Shown: one piece after another, positions 24,041-40,906 of the stretch
How the letters are laid out: each line of letters begins with the position of its first letter
How positions within the stretch are numbered: the stretch's first letter is position 1
Origin: Felis catus
Lineage: Eukaryota
NCBI RefSeq assembly: GCF_018350175.1
Contig: NC_058368.1
Coordinates: forward strand, 239,012,001-239,076,000
Direction of reading: 5' to 3'
DNA length: 64,000 nucleotides
The notes under the pieces: generated by a model
Told to the model about the DNA's origin: nothing
Database searches by the model: none
What the model saw: only the letters and a program-made list of their open reading frames with translations
Position numbers and translations under genes: made by a program

Positions 24041-24884
24041 AAGGTATAATTGTCACAGGTCCTGCTCCCAAACTTTGATTGAATTTAGAGCCAGTCATGA
24101 AACCATAAGAAAGCAAAGCTTAAGCATGGCATCCTTTAAGGTGGACTACCACAGGAGCAACCTGGCCCAGGAGGGCTGAGAAGGAGGGGGTTGCTCAGGG
24201 AGAAGGACGCTGCTGTGAACGTCGTCCTGGTGCTCGCTGGGCTCCGGCTCCAGCTCCCGTCCCCGCACGCCTTCAGCTCGGACATGCACGCTTGGGCTCA
24301 GTGCTTGAAGCTGGCTGGGGCCCAGCCTTCCTTCTGTCCTCACTTCTGTTCACGATGGCTCCAAATGAAAGAATCTGATGCTTTCCTAGGAAGCTATTAA
24401 CAATTTTCGTTTTTTAATTTAAAAATTGACAAAGTTTGCTTGAGTTTTGTAGGCACGCAATGTCTAAAGTGTCTCGTGGCTTGTGAGCAGAAGGGCCAAT
24501 CCTGAAAGGCCTCCTTTGCTCTCGAAGCTCTACTCAGGGTCCTGGAAACAGACCCTCCCTGGGGAGAGGCCAGGCCTGTCTGACAACAACTCTGAGCACT
24601 CATCTGGAACATCCTTGCAGGCAGGAGGTGTGGGGTCAGCTAGGTAATATTTGAGGACACTATAAATATCTTCAGCTCCTGCCCTGGGCTTGGCAGCTGA
24701 CACATTTGCTGTAACTAACTCATACCTTGGTGCCTCTTGAGGTAGCATGGAGGTCAGAGAGGGGGGTCTGTTCCTCTCCCCGTGGGTGGTGGGGGGGGGG
24801 GTTAAGCCAGTCCCGTCCTAGGAAAGCGTGGAAGGAACCTCACGCTCGTCTGTGGAGTCAGTGCTGGGGAAGTCACGTGCAGGG

Positions 24885-24920
24885 GTGTGCGTGTGCGTGT
24901 GTGTGCGCGCGTGTGTGTGT
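24885..24920. repeat. Alternating purine-pyrimidine (TG/CG) microsatellite
   Basis: gtgtgcgtgtgcgtgtgtgtgcgcgcgtgtgtgtgt. Confidence 0.9.
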
Positions 24921-27900
24921 CTGTGCCCACCTGTGTCTCTGAGCACCTGTGTGTGGACCCGAGTGTGTGATATTTCAGGCCCAACCCCTACACGCCTGCC
25001 CCCCAGGTGAAGGGGGTCCCCTGTGTACTCCCAGCGCTTCTCATTCTCTCTGGGAATGTTTCCACTGCTCGGTCTGGTTACTTTGTCAGGCAGCGTTTAA
25101 TTGACCAAGGCTCGTGCGCGTTAAAGTAAAACCAAAGGATTTACTGTGCTGTTGCATTTGCGTGGACTCAGCTGAATCTTGCTGAGAGATCCTTGGAGGC
25201 TGTGGCCACGTAGGGCCTGACCCCAGGCCCTGGGTACCCAGCTGCATCCCGAGGGGGCGTGACACACGTCAGCGATGACCTTCCCGGGGGCCTCGGCACC
25301 CACTCTGTCCAGGGCCTGCTCCAGAAATGGCTGGCTGGCAGGCCGGCGCCTCCTGACCTTTAACATCAGTCAGAGGCTTTGTAATTAGAATGAAAAGTGT
25401 GTGTCCCCTGTGGTTACCACCCTGCAGCCAGGCCGTTCGTGCTTAATTAGCTGTAACTCTCCCGGCCTCGGCAATCAGTTACCTGTGGGTTTGGGAGTCG
25501 CTTCATTAACGTTCCCTGGTCGGAAGGGACCGGCCTCGGCAGGGGAGCTCCGGACCCGGCCTCACTCAGCTCCCCGTAGTCTGTGCATCTTGGTGCGCTT
25601 TGATTTTGTCCTCTACTGTTCTTGTCACTCTGTCTTGTCAGTCCTAGGAGTATGCACCACGTGCCCTGCCTGCATTAGCAGCTCAAATATTTGCCGAGCT
25701 GGGGTTTACGCCGCTAAGCTGCTGCTTCTCCAGTGTTCGAGGCATGTGGGGAGCCGCTTTCTGCAAAGCTTTTCTGCAAAGCTTTTCTGCCCGTGGCTGT
25801 GCCCGGGGTCAGCACAGCATGGCTGGTGCACATCCTGAATCGCTGTCTGCCCTCTCCCTCGGCAGGGCGCATGGGAAAGCCGGCTCTGTGGGCTCCTCAA
25901 AGGCTCAGACGTTCCCTGCCTGTCCAGCCTATGAGGTTTGGCTTTTCCCCAGAAAATGCCGTGGGATTTTGAGGCGGAAGTTTGCACCACCTAATCGTTT
26001 CCCAAGGTCACAGCCACCCTGTTGGCACATGGCCTTAGGACGCGGGGCCTTTCTCCATGGTCATGGCTCAGGCTCTGGGCCAGGCCAGATGTGGAGGCCC
26101 TGAGCTGTGGGTCCTGAGGAGGTCGTTGGGTCACTGCTCAGATTTGCCTTTGCCGGATCCTTCTCTAACGAGGTGTAGCAAACAAGGGTTGAGAGGGTAT
26201 TGGGTCTTTCCACCTGCCGCTGGAGTCTTGGTGGCCAAGCCCACTTGAGCACGCCGGGTGCTGGGTTTTCTGGTGGCCGTGGTGAGGCATGTGCCTCTCA
26301 GATCCTGCTCCCCCTCCCTCTCTCCCTCCCCACTTCCCAGAGGCCCAGCCCCCCCTCCCCCTGTGGGGTTGCAGCAGAGGCCATGGCCGTGCAGTGAGCG
26401 TCCACCCTAGAGTCAGGGATTTTTCACAGTGACCTGATGCGGGAAGAAGGGGTCTGCCTGTGGTGACTCAGCCTGACTGGGAGCCACATCCCTGACTGCG
26501 TCCCTGCAGTTCGGGCCAGTGACCACAGGGCATTTCCCCCACAGGAACTCGGCTTACTGGCTCCTAAAATGCCCATTATATGCTTAATAGCTGAACCACC
26601 TGCAAATTGCCACTTAAGAGTCAATCAAGTCTTCCGTTTAATTAGCTCATTACAGTGCAGCTGCCTTCTGGAAGGGGTCACGGGCATGGGGAGAGCCCGC
26701 CTGCAGGGCTGGCCTCTCTCACCAAGAATTCCCAACAACCAGAGGCCTTGGCTGGTTGAAACTGTCACCCTCCCTCGTGCCTGGGCTGGGTGGCCGGAAG
26801 TGCAGAAGCCCAGAAGGCCCGGCCCTGGCTGCCAACATGATGCCAGCTGAGAGCACGGAACGAGGGTCCCAGGAGGGCGCCCAGACCACAGGACAAGGAC
26901 AGCAACATCCCGCCCCAAACTCTAGCTCACGTGAGCCCATATGGGGCAGAAGCCGGAATCAGAAAGTTGCCCTGTGCCGTGAGTGCGTGTAAAGTGAGGT
27001 CAGGCACGAATAGGGCGAAGAAGCAGCTGGCGGCCATATGATGTTGTAGGAAAGAGAAGGGGGAGGACACCTGGGGTAAAATGTGACCCAAGAAATGGAA
27101 GGGAAGTCCCCACAGAGCTCAACCTCCCAGAAAAGGGCCAACACAATCTCAGTAAGATGGGCGCTCCAGCGAGGACGGCAAAACGGGGAAATTGTAAAGA
27201 GGATTTTCATGGGTCAACACCCATTGTTAGACCTGAGAGATCATTGACCAAGGGTAGGAGACCTTAGAGCGCGAGGCTGGTGGAACCAGAAGGTCTGAGA
27301 GGTTTCCACAGACTCGGGGGGAGAGGGGAGGGGACACGGACAGCAGGGAGGTGGTGCCTGGGGTGGACAGAGTGGCACGGTCCAGGGGCAGCGGAAGCCC
27401 GGATGGGGGGCTTCACTGGCCAGGCAGCTGCTGCCACCTGGAACGCATCCTAGGAATTCTTCTAACCTTTTCTCTGAGTCTTAAAATAGAACAAACACAA
27501 TAGAAGGAGAAAAGGGCCCTGGGAGGTCTGTGAGCCTGCCTCACTCAGAGTACAGGCCTCTGCACCCTAAGGTCTTTGCAAGGGTGATGGGCCACGGGGC
27601 CCAGGCAGCCGGCTGTCAGCAGGGGGACCTCCGGGTCCCCCCGAGTCCCACCAGGGCAGGTTAAAAGGCAGCCGCACTTCAGGCTCCAGCACCTTGAGAC
27701 AAGCTGGGTGAGGCAGCATGGAGGGATGAGGGGATGGGCCACGCGGGGCCTGGGATGAGGGTGCCCTGGGCTCAGGAGCCGCTCCCTGCAGCCCGACTGT
27801 CATGGGAGTCTCTGTCTGCCCCAGACCCACCCCTCAAAGGCAAGGAGACCCTGAGGAGGGTGTCCCAGGGGCCAGGTCCCGAGGGGACAGCAGTCGACAG

Positions 27901-27929
27901 TGGACTGGCAGGGCCTCCTGGCCACATGA

Positions 27930-28679
<750 letters not shown>

Positions 28680-31594
28680 TGACAGATGTCACCGGTGGGT
28701 CCACTTAACCCGCTTGGCATGTTTACAGTAAGGTTTAATGAATGAACAAGAGCCTGTCCAGGCAACCCCAGGCTGAGGTTCGTGTCCTGCCTGGGAATGA
28801 CGTCCTGTCCAACCAGGCTGGCGGGTGGGTGGGGTGGGTGAGTCGGCCAAGCTGCTGTCCCTCCCCCTCAGCAAGGAGGTGGGGGTGGGCCTCACTCCCC
28901 TGCCAGCAAGCCTCCAGGGAGAGGGAGGAGAAGGCCCCTTGGGCAGAGGCCGGTTATGGAGCCTGGTAGACACCCACCCAACCTGCAAGAAAAGCCGCGC
29001 CAGCTTCTGCACAGTCACCGGTGCCCCTCCTGCCCCTGCCAGTGTCTCCTGCAGTTTGGGTTACTTAATTCAGCCCTGGCGTACGGCCGAGGTGCGCCCC
29101 ACCCACCCGGGAGCTGGCCATTATCTACCTGGGAAACTGGAACAGGTGAGGCCAGGGGCTCAGCTGAGGCCTTGCGCAGATGTGCACGCAGCCCTAGACG
29201 CTGCCCGTTCCGGGGCTGCTGTGGCTGGCCGCTTGCATCATGGGTCTACAGGGTTAGCTTCCGGCATTGGGGGCGACCGATGAGAAGTGGGTGCTGGCAC
29301 CACAGGCCCCAAACACCACCACCTGCCGAACCAGACTCCCAGGGACGGGCCCGGATCGGTGGTTTCCGTCCGGCTGAAGGAACAGCCTTGCACAGCATTC
29401 CTTGTGTGGATCAAGGCCTCAAAACCTTGATGACAAAGGACATGCATTGAGAAAGAGAGGCCAAAGGTCCCCTGACGGGAATAGTCACCTCACCTGTCCC
29501 ATTTGTCACCTTGGGACTTTGTCCTCACCCCATGGGGAGCACGTATGCTTCCTGGAGCCCCCACTGCCATCTGGCACCGCCTCCAGGCTCAGCCCAGAGA
29601 AACCCCCTAAGGTTGACATGGGGCCAAACACGTCTGTCCGGGCCTTGGAGGTGAGTAAGCCCCGGGTGCATTTACTGGTGATGCCTCTAGGTGGTTGGGT
29701 ACATCTAGGATGGCAGGGCCATCTCTAGCCACTGGACACAGGGGAGAGTCCCGGGGTTTAGAGCAGGAGTCCCTAAGGGGACCTGTGTTCAGTCCTCAGG
29801 ATGCAGCTGGTCAAGGCTAGGCATCAGCCAAAGTCACAGATCAGAACAGCACCCAGGGGCCAATGAGCCTATCCTGTCCCTAGACACCCGGAGCAAGGCA
29901 TCTGAGGAGTTGGGGAGGCAGGGACCAATCGGTCTCTGTAGTCCAATGGGCGGGGCACCCCTCTGAGGAAAAGTCACCCTAGGCCAGGCCATAGGTAGGG
30001 CTGGCAGTGGGTGTCTTGGATGGGTGTCTGGACGGGCCAGCCAGGGCTAGGCCCAGCAGAGGCTTCAGGCAGAGAGGGCCAGTGGGTGGTAGACTGTTGC
30101 CCCAAGGAGGAGAGCAGGCTGGCCCCGGGACACTTCCTGCTTGGAGTGGCTGGCTTCCAGAATGTACCACCGGGTCTGTCTGGGCCTTAGACAGTGAGAG
30201 ACACACGAGCCAGGAGGCGTTTAAAGACGGGACGGCCCCAAAATGTGGAATGTGCATGTGGAGTCCCCGTGTCTGAAGCCAGGAGGGACTGTGTTCTCAC
30301 CTCTGCCTCACCAACAGTGCCTGGAGGTAGAAAAGCAAACCCTACGATTCCCATTTCAAAAGGCACATTTTAAACCCTTTGGAAGCTGGTTCTAACACCT
30401 GCCACTTCTTCGGGACACAGACTCTGGAGCCAGGCTGCCGGGTTTTCAGAGCTCACGGGGAGCTCCCTCCAGGGCCACGTCTCTCCGAGGAGACAACCTT
30501 CCAGGGGGCCCTGCGTGGCCCTAAGGGAGAGCTGGGCTCCTGCGGAAGCCCTGTCCTAGACCTGGAGAGGGCCCAAGTGCCTGGAGGGGTAGCGGTCCAG
30601 CCCACGCATGGCCTCTGTGTCTCCCCACCCACGTGGGCCTCCCCGATACCCTCCAGGCCTGAGGTCTGGTTCAGTGCATTCAGGCCGGGAAGGCGGCTCA
30701 GTGCCAGGAAGGCTCCCGGACAAGGCCTTCCTTGGAGCAGCCCAGCTGAGAGCAGGTGTGAGTCCTGGACAGAGCCGGGATGAGGCAACCGTCCTCGGGT
30801 CCCAGAGGTCGTGTGTCCGGTGCGGACTGCCGTGTGGCTGTGAGTGCAGCCTGGTGCCGCTTTGGAGACTGAGATGTTGGAATGTTGGAAAGTGCATCTC
30901 AGCACGACCCTCGCCCCCAAGGGCACCAGGAACCCACTGGGCCATTTCAAGAAGCAGAGCGGAGCTCACTCTGAGGACCTGCTCCTCCAAGGTCCCTTCC
31001 TACCCCTCCCCCCACCCCCGCCCCACTCTGAGCCCTCGTCTCCCTTCTTGTCCCTCAAACCTCCCTGGTGGCCCCTCCTACTGGAGTCCCCCAGGATTTC
31101 CCCAGGCCAGTTGTGGTCCCCCAGGACCCTGTGAGGCCTGCCCCTCCCCTGCCCCCTTCCATCACTTCCCCCCAGGCTGGGTCCTGGTGGCTCTCATCTG
31201 GGCGGAGACATCACTTTCCAGGGAAGCCTTTCTCCCATGCCTGTTGAGCCCCTGACCCCCTTTCCAGCCCTAACCCTGGACCGCAGACGGCCCAGGGCAG
31301 GGGTCTGATCCCATGCTGTGCATGGCCGAGCCCCCAGGTCCTTCATCTGCTCACAGCAGCCTCCCGGTGGGCCCCCCAGGAGGGAGTAAGCAGGCCCCAG
31401 GGTGGATGAAGGGAAGAACGAGGGGCAGTCAGTCCCCAATGGGGGTGAGACCAGCCTTTCCTGAAGGCTGTGGGAGCCCATGGGAGGCAGGCAGGCAGCT
31501 CTGACCCAGGTTTCACAACCAGCCAGCCCCAGGCCCAAGAGGGAGTCCCATCTGAGAGGCTTCTGAGCCGGCAGTCAGGAGGACGGAAGCCTGA

Positions 31595-31915
<321 letters not shown>

Positions 31916-33666
31916 TGAGGAGGTGCCGCGCGCGAGAAGCCTGAGAGTGGGTGTGGGGGGTGCTCTCCCTCTGCCCCCCGCCCCCCACCGCTCTGACTGG
32001 AGGAGGTTTCCCCCGCAGCCCCATCGCATGCTGTCCCCTCTCTCACTTCCTCCCAACTCCGAATGACTGCCTGTTCAATCGGTTCTTCGAACACTCTTCT
32101 CCCGTCTTGATAACACCTCACTGCCAACCCCACCACCAGTTGCCAGAGCGGGACGCCTCTAACTCCGGGTCCAGAGTCGATGCCCCTGGCCCTGATTTCC
32201 CTAAGGGAGCCACTAAAGAGACAAACAGTGAGATCTCGCCAGAACCTAGGAGGGAAGACGATCGAGCGCTGACCGTACCCATGAAGTGCCTCAGTCTCCA
32301 GGAGGGAGGCGGAGCCCGGGAGCTCGGCGGGGCCGGGGCGGGTGGGCAGGGGCGGGAGGACTCTCGGTCAGGGTGTGAGGCCACAACAGATCCGTAAAGT
32401 GAACAGAAGGTTCATGAAATGTGGGAGCACTGTCTCAGCATCACAGTGGCCAGCACGGAGTTGTCGAAACCCAGCCTGAAACTGGGCTGCTACCTCTGTG
32501 CAAGTGCGTTACAGGTAAGGTGGAGGCATGCACAGAGCACCTTCCCTGCACAGGTCAGCCGCGTGCTGCATCTCCGAGCACCTGCTCTGGGCCAGCCCCA
32601 CCAGCCTGTCGCCTCTCCCCAAGGGCTTTGCAGAACGTGCAGGTCCCTCTTGCTCTAAAAGTACCTGTGGCCTAAGAAATTCTCCCTCTTCGTGTTCCTT
32701 CAGGGTTCAGGAGAGTGACAGACCCTAAGCTTGTGCTGCACCAGATTTCTTCTGTAGCAGATAAGATGTTCTCGGGGGAATTTGAGAATTAATTTCAAAC
32801 TTAATCAGAAATATCAGACACAGCTCCTTCGAGGCTGGGCTGCTCTGTGCCGTGGCTCCGTTTCTCTGGAGAAGCTCTAACTCATGCCTGAGCCACGGAG
32901 CTCTCCGCTTACAGCTGGCTTGAGCCTTGTCTCCCCTCTCACCTGCGTTTCCATGGAGGCACCCAGGCTGTGGTCCAGCCCCCAGCACCCTTGGTGACTG
33001 TGTGCCCACACTCTGCCCAGCACCCGAGAGTCATCAGGCCTGTTGTGCGCCTCCTGTTGTAGAAACAGCTCCACACCCCGCCTTTTGGGGTCCTCTGTCC
33101 CCTTGAGCAGACCTGGAGAGTTCAGGCTTGGGGCTCAGAGATCAGCTATTTCCCCAGGAACCTGCATCCTACCCTCGGCCCCTGGGTGTGGAGGGCTCAG
33201 CATAGGACACACAGCACAGCCTCCACAGCTGTGGCCTCGCATGCCCTTCCTGAGCCTTTCATCTGCAACATCTTGGTGGAATGAGGTTTAAACGTCAACA
33301 TGCAAAGACACCAAGGGGTGTGATCCTATAATCGGGAGTTAACGCAACAGCAAAGTCACTAAAAATGAAACTCTGGCTTCATCTTGGAACATGAAACAGA
33401 ATTAAATGTAGCGGGTTAAATTTGTGGTCACCCCTGCTTTGCTGATAGTAGGAAAGGACGACATTTGCTCGTAAAGGTTCTAGTTCCCTCTAGAATGTTC
33501 TTCTGCCTCTCGTATCCCACCCGCTGGCTCGTCTTTGGCCTTCATCTTCTTTTCCGTGATGCTCTGTGATGATTTCCTCCCGGCGATTTTTTGTTTCCTG
33601 AACAGGCCACCATGGCCTGCTTGACCCAGACCAAGTCCTCAAGGCCCGAGGCCTGAGATCAGGTGA

Positions 33667-33876
<210 letters not shown>

Positions 33877-34250
33877 TGACACCAGGCCTGCCCCTGGGAC
33901 CCACAGCCTGTGTGGGAAAAGTCTCGGTGGCCATCCCTCCTGTCCCCAACGTGTTTTATGAAAACAGTTTTGTTGGGTCCCGCCACCCTGGGGAGGCAAG
34001 GGCTGCAGCCCCGTTAGGCCCACCAGAATGTCTGGTTGGAGGACATGGGCCCTGGTGTCCTGGGTGGTTCTGGACAAACGTTCCTCTGGGCAGGGACAAT
34101 GACAGCCTGGCTGTATCAGGGGTGCAGGGACAGCCCTGCCCAAGGCCCCCTTGTCGGGCTTTCTCCATGATGGGGGAGGGGAGCCAGGCCTCCCAGCTCT
34201 CCACGTGCCTGGTGGCCTCTCAGGGGGAGAATTGGACGCTTGTTTGCTGA

Positions 34251-34583
<333 letters not shown>

Positions 34584-35120
34584 TGAGTCCCCCTCGCTCC
34601 CACGGCCCAGAGCGCCAGAGCCACACAGCTTGTGGGCCACGGGCCGTGCTGGTGTGCAGGGGTAGGGCAGGGCCCACCCACAGCACAGCCAAGCAGCTGT
34701 GCCTGGGAGGGGGAGGGGGGGTGACGGGGGGAGGGAGAGGGGCCCCTCCCTCCTGGGGCACAACCTTGTGGGTCTCTTCCCAGCCCCCATCCGCCTGGCC
34801 CGCTTCCCTCTAAGGGGTGAGAAGCCACTGTGGGGGTGAAGAATCTGGTCTATTCAGGTTTTAAATAAGGAGTTGGTGTTTTCACAGAATTGTCCGTGAG
34901 CTCTGCCTACACCCAGCCCCTTCCGGGTGCTCTGGGTGGGAGGCTGGCTGGCACCCCCACGACCCGAATCTGCCCTGGCACCTCCCCCCAGAGCCAGCCA
35001 CCGCCGGGCTGAGGACAGACGCTGAGGCAGCCCACTGGGTGGCTCAGGGCTCAGATCTTGGGGTGTCGGGGGCCGGGACTGCACCTGGTCCTAAGCAGAG
35101 CCGAGCACGCCGACCAGTAG

Positions 35121-35627
<507 letters not shown>

Positions 35628-36333
35628 TGAGCGGCGGGTCTGGGAGCTGCTGGGGAGCCTCACCACGGCCAGGCCGTGGGTTATCTTCATCGAAACTCCA
35701 GGCTTTGTCACGGCTTCGGCACCTTGAGATGGAGTTAGAATAGCTGGGGGTCAGGGTGGAAGGTTCTAGAACCTAGAGGAATCCATCTGGTTTCCTGAGG
35801 ACTCATTGCGGATGCAGTCACTGATGAGCAGATTGAGGCTCATGTGAGGCAGGAGTCCCCCTGCCTGCTCCGGCCCTGGTTGCCACTCCCTGGTGTGCGG
35901 TGCCGGGGCGAGGCCACCACCCACTCTGCCTGAGCTCACCAGGGCCTGAGGGCTCCAGGGAGCGGCTGACAGAGCAGAGCAGGGTCCTGGTCCTGGAGGC
36001 AAGAGCACAAGGCCTCAGTGTTGCAGCCCGGTCACAGGGACACCTGCAAATTCCCAGAGCTGCGGGGAGCAGCTTCCAGCCACAAATGCGGGGTGCAGAG
36101 TATCCCCAGCGGCAGGTTGGACCTGTGGCCAGGAGAGAGCACTGGTGTGGACAAGAGGGTTTGGGGAGAGTAGGGCTACAGCGTGCAGTTTCCCTGACCC
36201 CTTGCCCGGGACAGAACCTGTCACCGTCACTGCCCTTGGAGGGGAGTCCCACATGTTGTGCCCCCAGGGCGGTGGCTGCCACTGGCCTGAGGCCCTCGAG
36301 GAGCCTGGAGCTCAGTGCGCTCCCCGCCCGCAG

Positions 36334-36536
36334 GTGTGGTCCTGCAGACCTGGGTCCTGAACCGGTACCGGATGGTGCAGCTGGAAATCATAGACCAGGT
36401 GGTCATGTCCTACGGCGGCCTGCGAGGGGCCGTGGCCTTCGCTCTGGTCGTCCTTCTGGACGAGCAGAAGGTGAAGGAGCGGAACCTCTTCGTCAGCACC
36501 ACCATCATCGTGGTCTTCTTCACGGTCGTCTTCCAG
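36334..36536 (+). CDS. SLC9A3: NHE3 exon 7 (203 nt)
   Basis: [38 protein letters not shown]...FFTVVFQ; cag / gtagg. Confidence 0.98.
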
Positions 36537-36995
36537 GTAGGGTGGAGGGCACGTGGCCGCCGCGCCCCCGACCTCTCCACGCCAGCGGGGCGCTCTGTCT
36601 CTAGCCTCTCCCGCCTCCAGGCCCTAATTGGTTTTTGTAATTTTAGTAACTAGGAGACGTTTTGTAGGTTTTCATGTGGCCCCACAGGGGACGCAGCACG
36701 ATTTGGCCTGAAAATGTTCTTCCTGTGCTGCCGCTGGTTAACGAAGCCCCAGTTAGGGTTTTATTGACCAGACACGCCCAGGAAGGTGTCCCACTTCTCC
36801 TTGCTTTTGGGAAGTCTAAGGAGCTGATCGGGGGACCCTCCGAGCAGGTCAGGTCTGTGGATAAGGGCGGCCCATTTCACCCCGTGTGCCTGTGGAGGGG
36901 GTGCAAGTACGGGTTCACACACTGGGGGTGCCGTGGGCCAGGGTGGGCCCTGGGCGGGAGCCTGCCCGCCGTCTGGGTCAGTACCTGTCTTCCAG

Positions 36996-37085
36996 GGCCT
37001 GACCATCAAGCCCCTGGTGCAGTGGCTGAAGGTGAAAAGGAGCCAGCACCGGGAGCCCAAACTCAATGAGAAGCTGCATGGCCGG
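36996..37085 (+). CDS. SLC9A3: NHE3 exon 8 (90 nt)
   Basis: [30 protein letters not shown]; cag / gtagg. Confidence 0.97.
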
Positions 37086-37183
37086 GTAGGGGACTGGGGT
37101 GGGGGAGGGGGGCAGGGGCGAGGCAGGGCAAGGCAGGGGTAGCCCTCCGAGTGATGCCAGCCCACTTCTCTTTCCTGTGAAAG

Positions 37184-37254
37184 GCTTTCGACCACATCCT
37201 CTCTGCCATCGAGGACATATCAGGGCAAATTGGACACAACTATCTCAGAGATAA
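37184..37254 (+). CDS. SLC9A3: NHE3 exon 9 (71 nt)
   Basis: AFDHILSAIEDISGQIGHNYLRD (CHP-binding region); aag / gtaagt. Not in the ORF track; read manually. Confidence 0.96.
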
Positions 37255-38222
37255 GTAAGTGGCTTTAGGTGCCCCTGGTTGGACTGAAATGGGGAAATTT
37301 GGAGGCACATTCGTCTCTGCCCTCAGTTTTAACTGGAGGACCCACTGGGTAGAAAGGGCGGCTGACATTCCCCATAAACCAACCTCACAAAGCACTGGCT
37401 GACTGAAGAACAAGGATACTTGCCAAATTGTCTGAGACCCCCTTCTCCTGGGACTCCTGTTTCCCAGGAACCCCACCCCCTTGACCCCCGACTGCCCTCG
37501 GACTCCTCCTCCCCCTGAAACCCCTCTCCCTCTGGGATCCTTCTCCCCCAGGACCCCTCCTCCTGCAGCGCCCTCCCCTTGGGACTCCCCCCCCCCCCAG
37601 ACCTCTCCTCCTCGGGCAACCCCTCCCCCTCAATGTCTAGCTCAAGGCCCACTGGACCTCAGCCAGATGTTCCTCTGCAATTCTGGCCTGGCCACATCCT
37701 CTTCTGCCCCAGACCACTGGCCAGTATTCTAACTGTGCTGGATTTAAAGCCTCCTTCTGGCCAGCCTGTTTCTCTCTAAGTGTGGGAGCTCAGAGGGTCC
37801 TCCTGCTCTAGCCAGTCCCTCTGCAGGTAAAATATGTCCCTCTTACTGTAGCCAGGGCCCCAGGGCCCTGTCCTCAGCCTGCCCTACCCTTTCCAGAGTG
37901 TTAGGTAACCGTCAGGTGGAAAACGTTGCAATATTGTATCAAATGAGAGAACAGAATTCAGAATTCTAGGTTCTGACAGGAAGAACACTGATGGGGAAAT
38001 AGAGCCCCTGAGGGTTATTCCTGTTATTTTAAATCTCACCCTCAAGGTTGTTACCGTAAATAAATTTCGGAGGGGAGGGGCGGGAATCTCCCGGGTCTCA
38101 GCTCCTGGGAGACCACGTCCATTACAGGTCTGGGAGTGGGAGAGGGGGCCCGCTGCTCCCTGCCCCCACATGCTGCCAGGGTCCCACGATCCTCCCAAGT
38201 GTTAACGTCTGTGTTGATCTGA

Positions 38223-38402
<180 letters not shown>

Positions 38403-40399
38403 TAAAACAACACGCAGACATGGGATGTGGCCAGCCATGGGGTCTAGGGCAGTGGGCCTGCACCTCACATGCACGTCTGTCTGCACCCTGAGGCCCAGGC
38501 AGCCCCGTGCGGGGGTTGACGTGTTCATGGCGCAAAGCCCTGAGAATGGCTGTGGGAGCTGGGGCACAGAGCCCTCTCCTACAGCTCCCTGCAGGACGCC
38601 TGGTGGGTCTGAGGTCTGAGGCCAGGTGGGGCATTATGGAGTCGTGACTCCCCCCACCCCCACATAGTGCACACAGACATGCACATGCGTGCCTACACGC
38701 GCTCATCCACGTACGCGCCTGCGCACAAAGGGGAATGCAGCAAGGAGGTCTTGAGTCCTGTGGGGTCAACATGGGACATGCCTGGTAACAGGCTGTGGTT
38801 CTGAGGTGGCCTCCACATCCCCCGGCCCTGCAGGTAAGCAGGACCCTCCCGCACCCACAGAACCCCTGCCTTCCGCAGGCAAATGAGTCCGCTCCCGTGT
38901 CCCTGAGGCTGACGGGCCAGAGAAAGCTCCCCACCAACCAGTGGCTGGTGGGTGCGTCCAGGGTGTGGGGACAACGAGCGGGCTCGGGAGCATGTGGGGG
39001 GTCAGGGACTAGCCCTGCTGCACGGTGACGCTCTGGATCTTGCTGTTTCTGATGCCACATGCCCTGTGCCAACTCACAGCCACTTGGTCAGTACAGGATG
39101 TGTCCAAGTGACTCGGTCATGGCAGGGCTCAGGTCAAATCCCACTCCTCCCGCCCCCCCTCCCCAGTGGCCACATGCCTCCAGGAAGTGCTTCCTGGCTT
39201 CTCAGTGCACACATGTGACCATCTCTTGGCCATTGCGTTGATCACCCAGCTGCCTTTGCCCCATGTGTGTCCGCACACATGGCCCTTAGGCCCCAAGGTC
39301 ACGGGCATCTCATCAGCTCAGGCCTACACAGAGCCTGGTGAGCTAGGGGTCCACATTTTCATCTGGAGGGACGGGGCCACCTTGGCAAACCCCACGGACC
39401 TCACACGGAGGGCACAGCCAGAGCCCTGGAAGTACCTGTCCCTTCAGAGCGGAAAGTGAGTCCTCCAGTGGGCTTGTCCACCCCAAATATATAGCCTGAC
39501 ACCCCAGCACAGCCTGGGGTCACCACAAGGCAGAGAGGGGCAGGGACACAGGGAGATGAGGAAAAGGAAGGGCCTCTACACTGCCCACTGGGCTAGTGCC
39601 GACCCTGGTCCCCCCGAAATCCCAACCCAGAAGCTCCAGGCACCAGCAGGGACAAGGCCATCGTCTGTCTGCACCTCTGAGCCTGGGCTGGGAAAGTTAA
39701 GAGCACGAACCTCTGCCTGGTGGGACTGAAGAGGCCTTCGTGGCCTAGAGCCTGGTGGGACTGGCAGGAGGGGCTGTCCCTCTCTGCTGGCCAAGTCCTA
39801 AGTCCCTTGGACACTCCAAGGCCCCCAGCCCCCACGTGGGATGTGCAGGCTGCCGTCAGGGCCCCTGCTGCCCAGCACACTGAGTGCCCCTGGCCCGTGA
39901 CGTGGGCTCCTCCCTGGTCAGGCCTGGCTCTGCCGGCTCAGGTCACAGCAGGGGTGATGTGTCCTCCTGGGCTGTGCCTCTGAGTCTCCTGCACGGCCAC
40001 GTCAGCCCCTCACTCTGGTGCCCTCACAGCCCCATGCCCTCCCCTAAGGGGCCCTTGCTTTCTCTCTGTGGCCCCCTTGGCACATGGCCCCACACTCCCA
40101 CCCAAGGAGAGTGGCTGTTTTTGACTTTCATTCATGTAGGGCTCTGCTGTATGTAGTTTTGATCTGATTCAATTCTGGACAGAGACCTGGGGGTTCCCTT
40201 CTGGGGTAACTGAGGGCAGCTGGTTGGGACCCTTAGTGGGGACAAGGGACACATCCCCAGTCCTGTGGGGAGCCGCGGCGTTCCCTGGTGCGCCGTGCCC
40301 GCTGAGGGGCTGGGTTCTTCACACTTGCTTCTGTCTTTAGTTTTTCAAGCCACCAGCCACCAACCACTCGGCTCAAGCGAGCCCTTACCTGCGGCCTGA

Positions 40400-40906
<507 letters not shown>

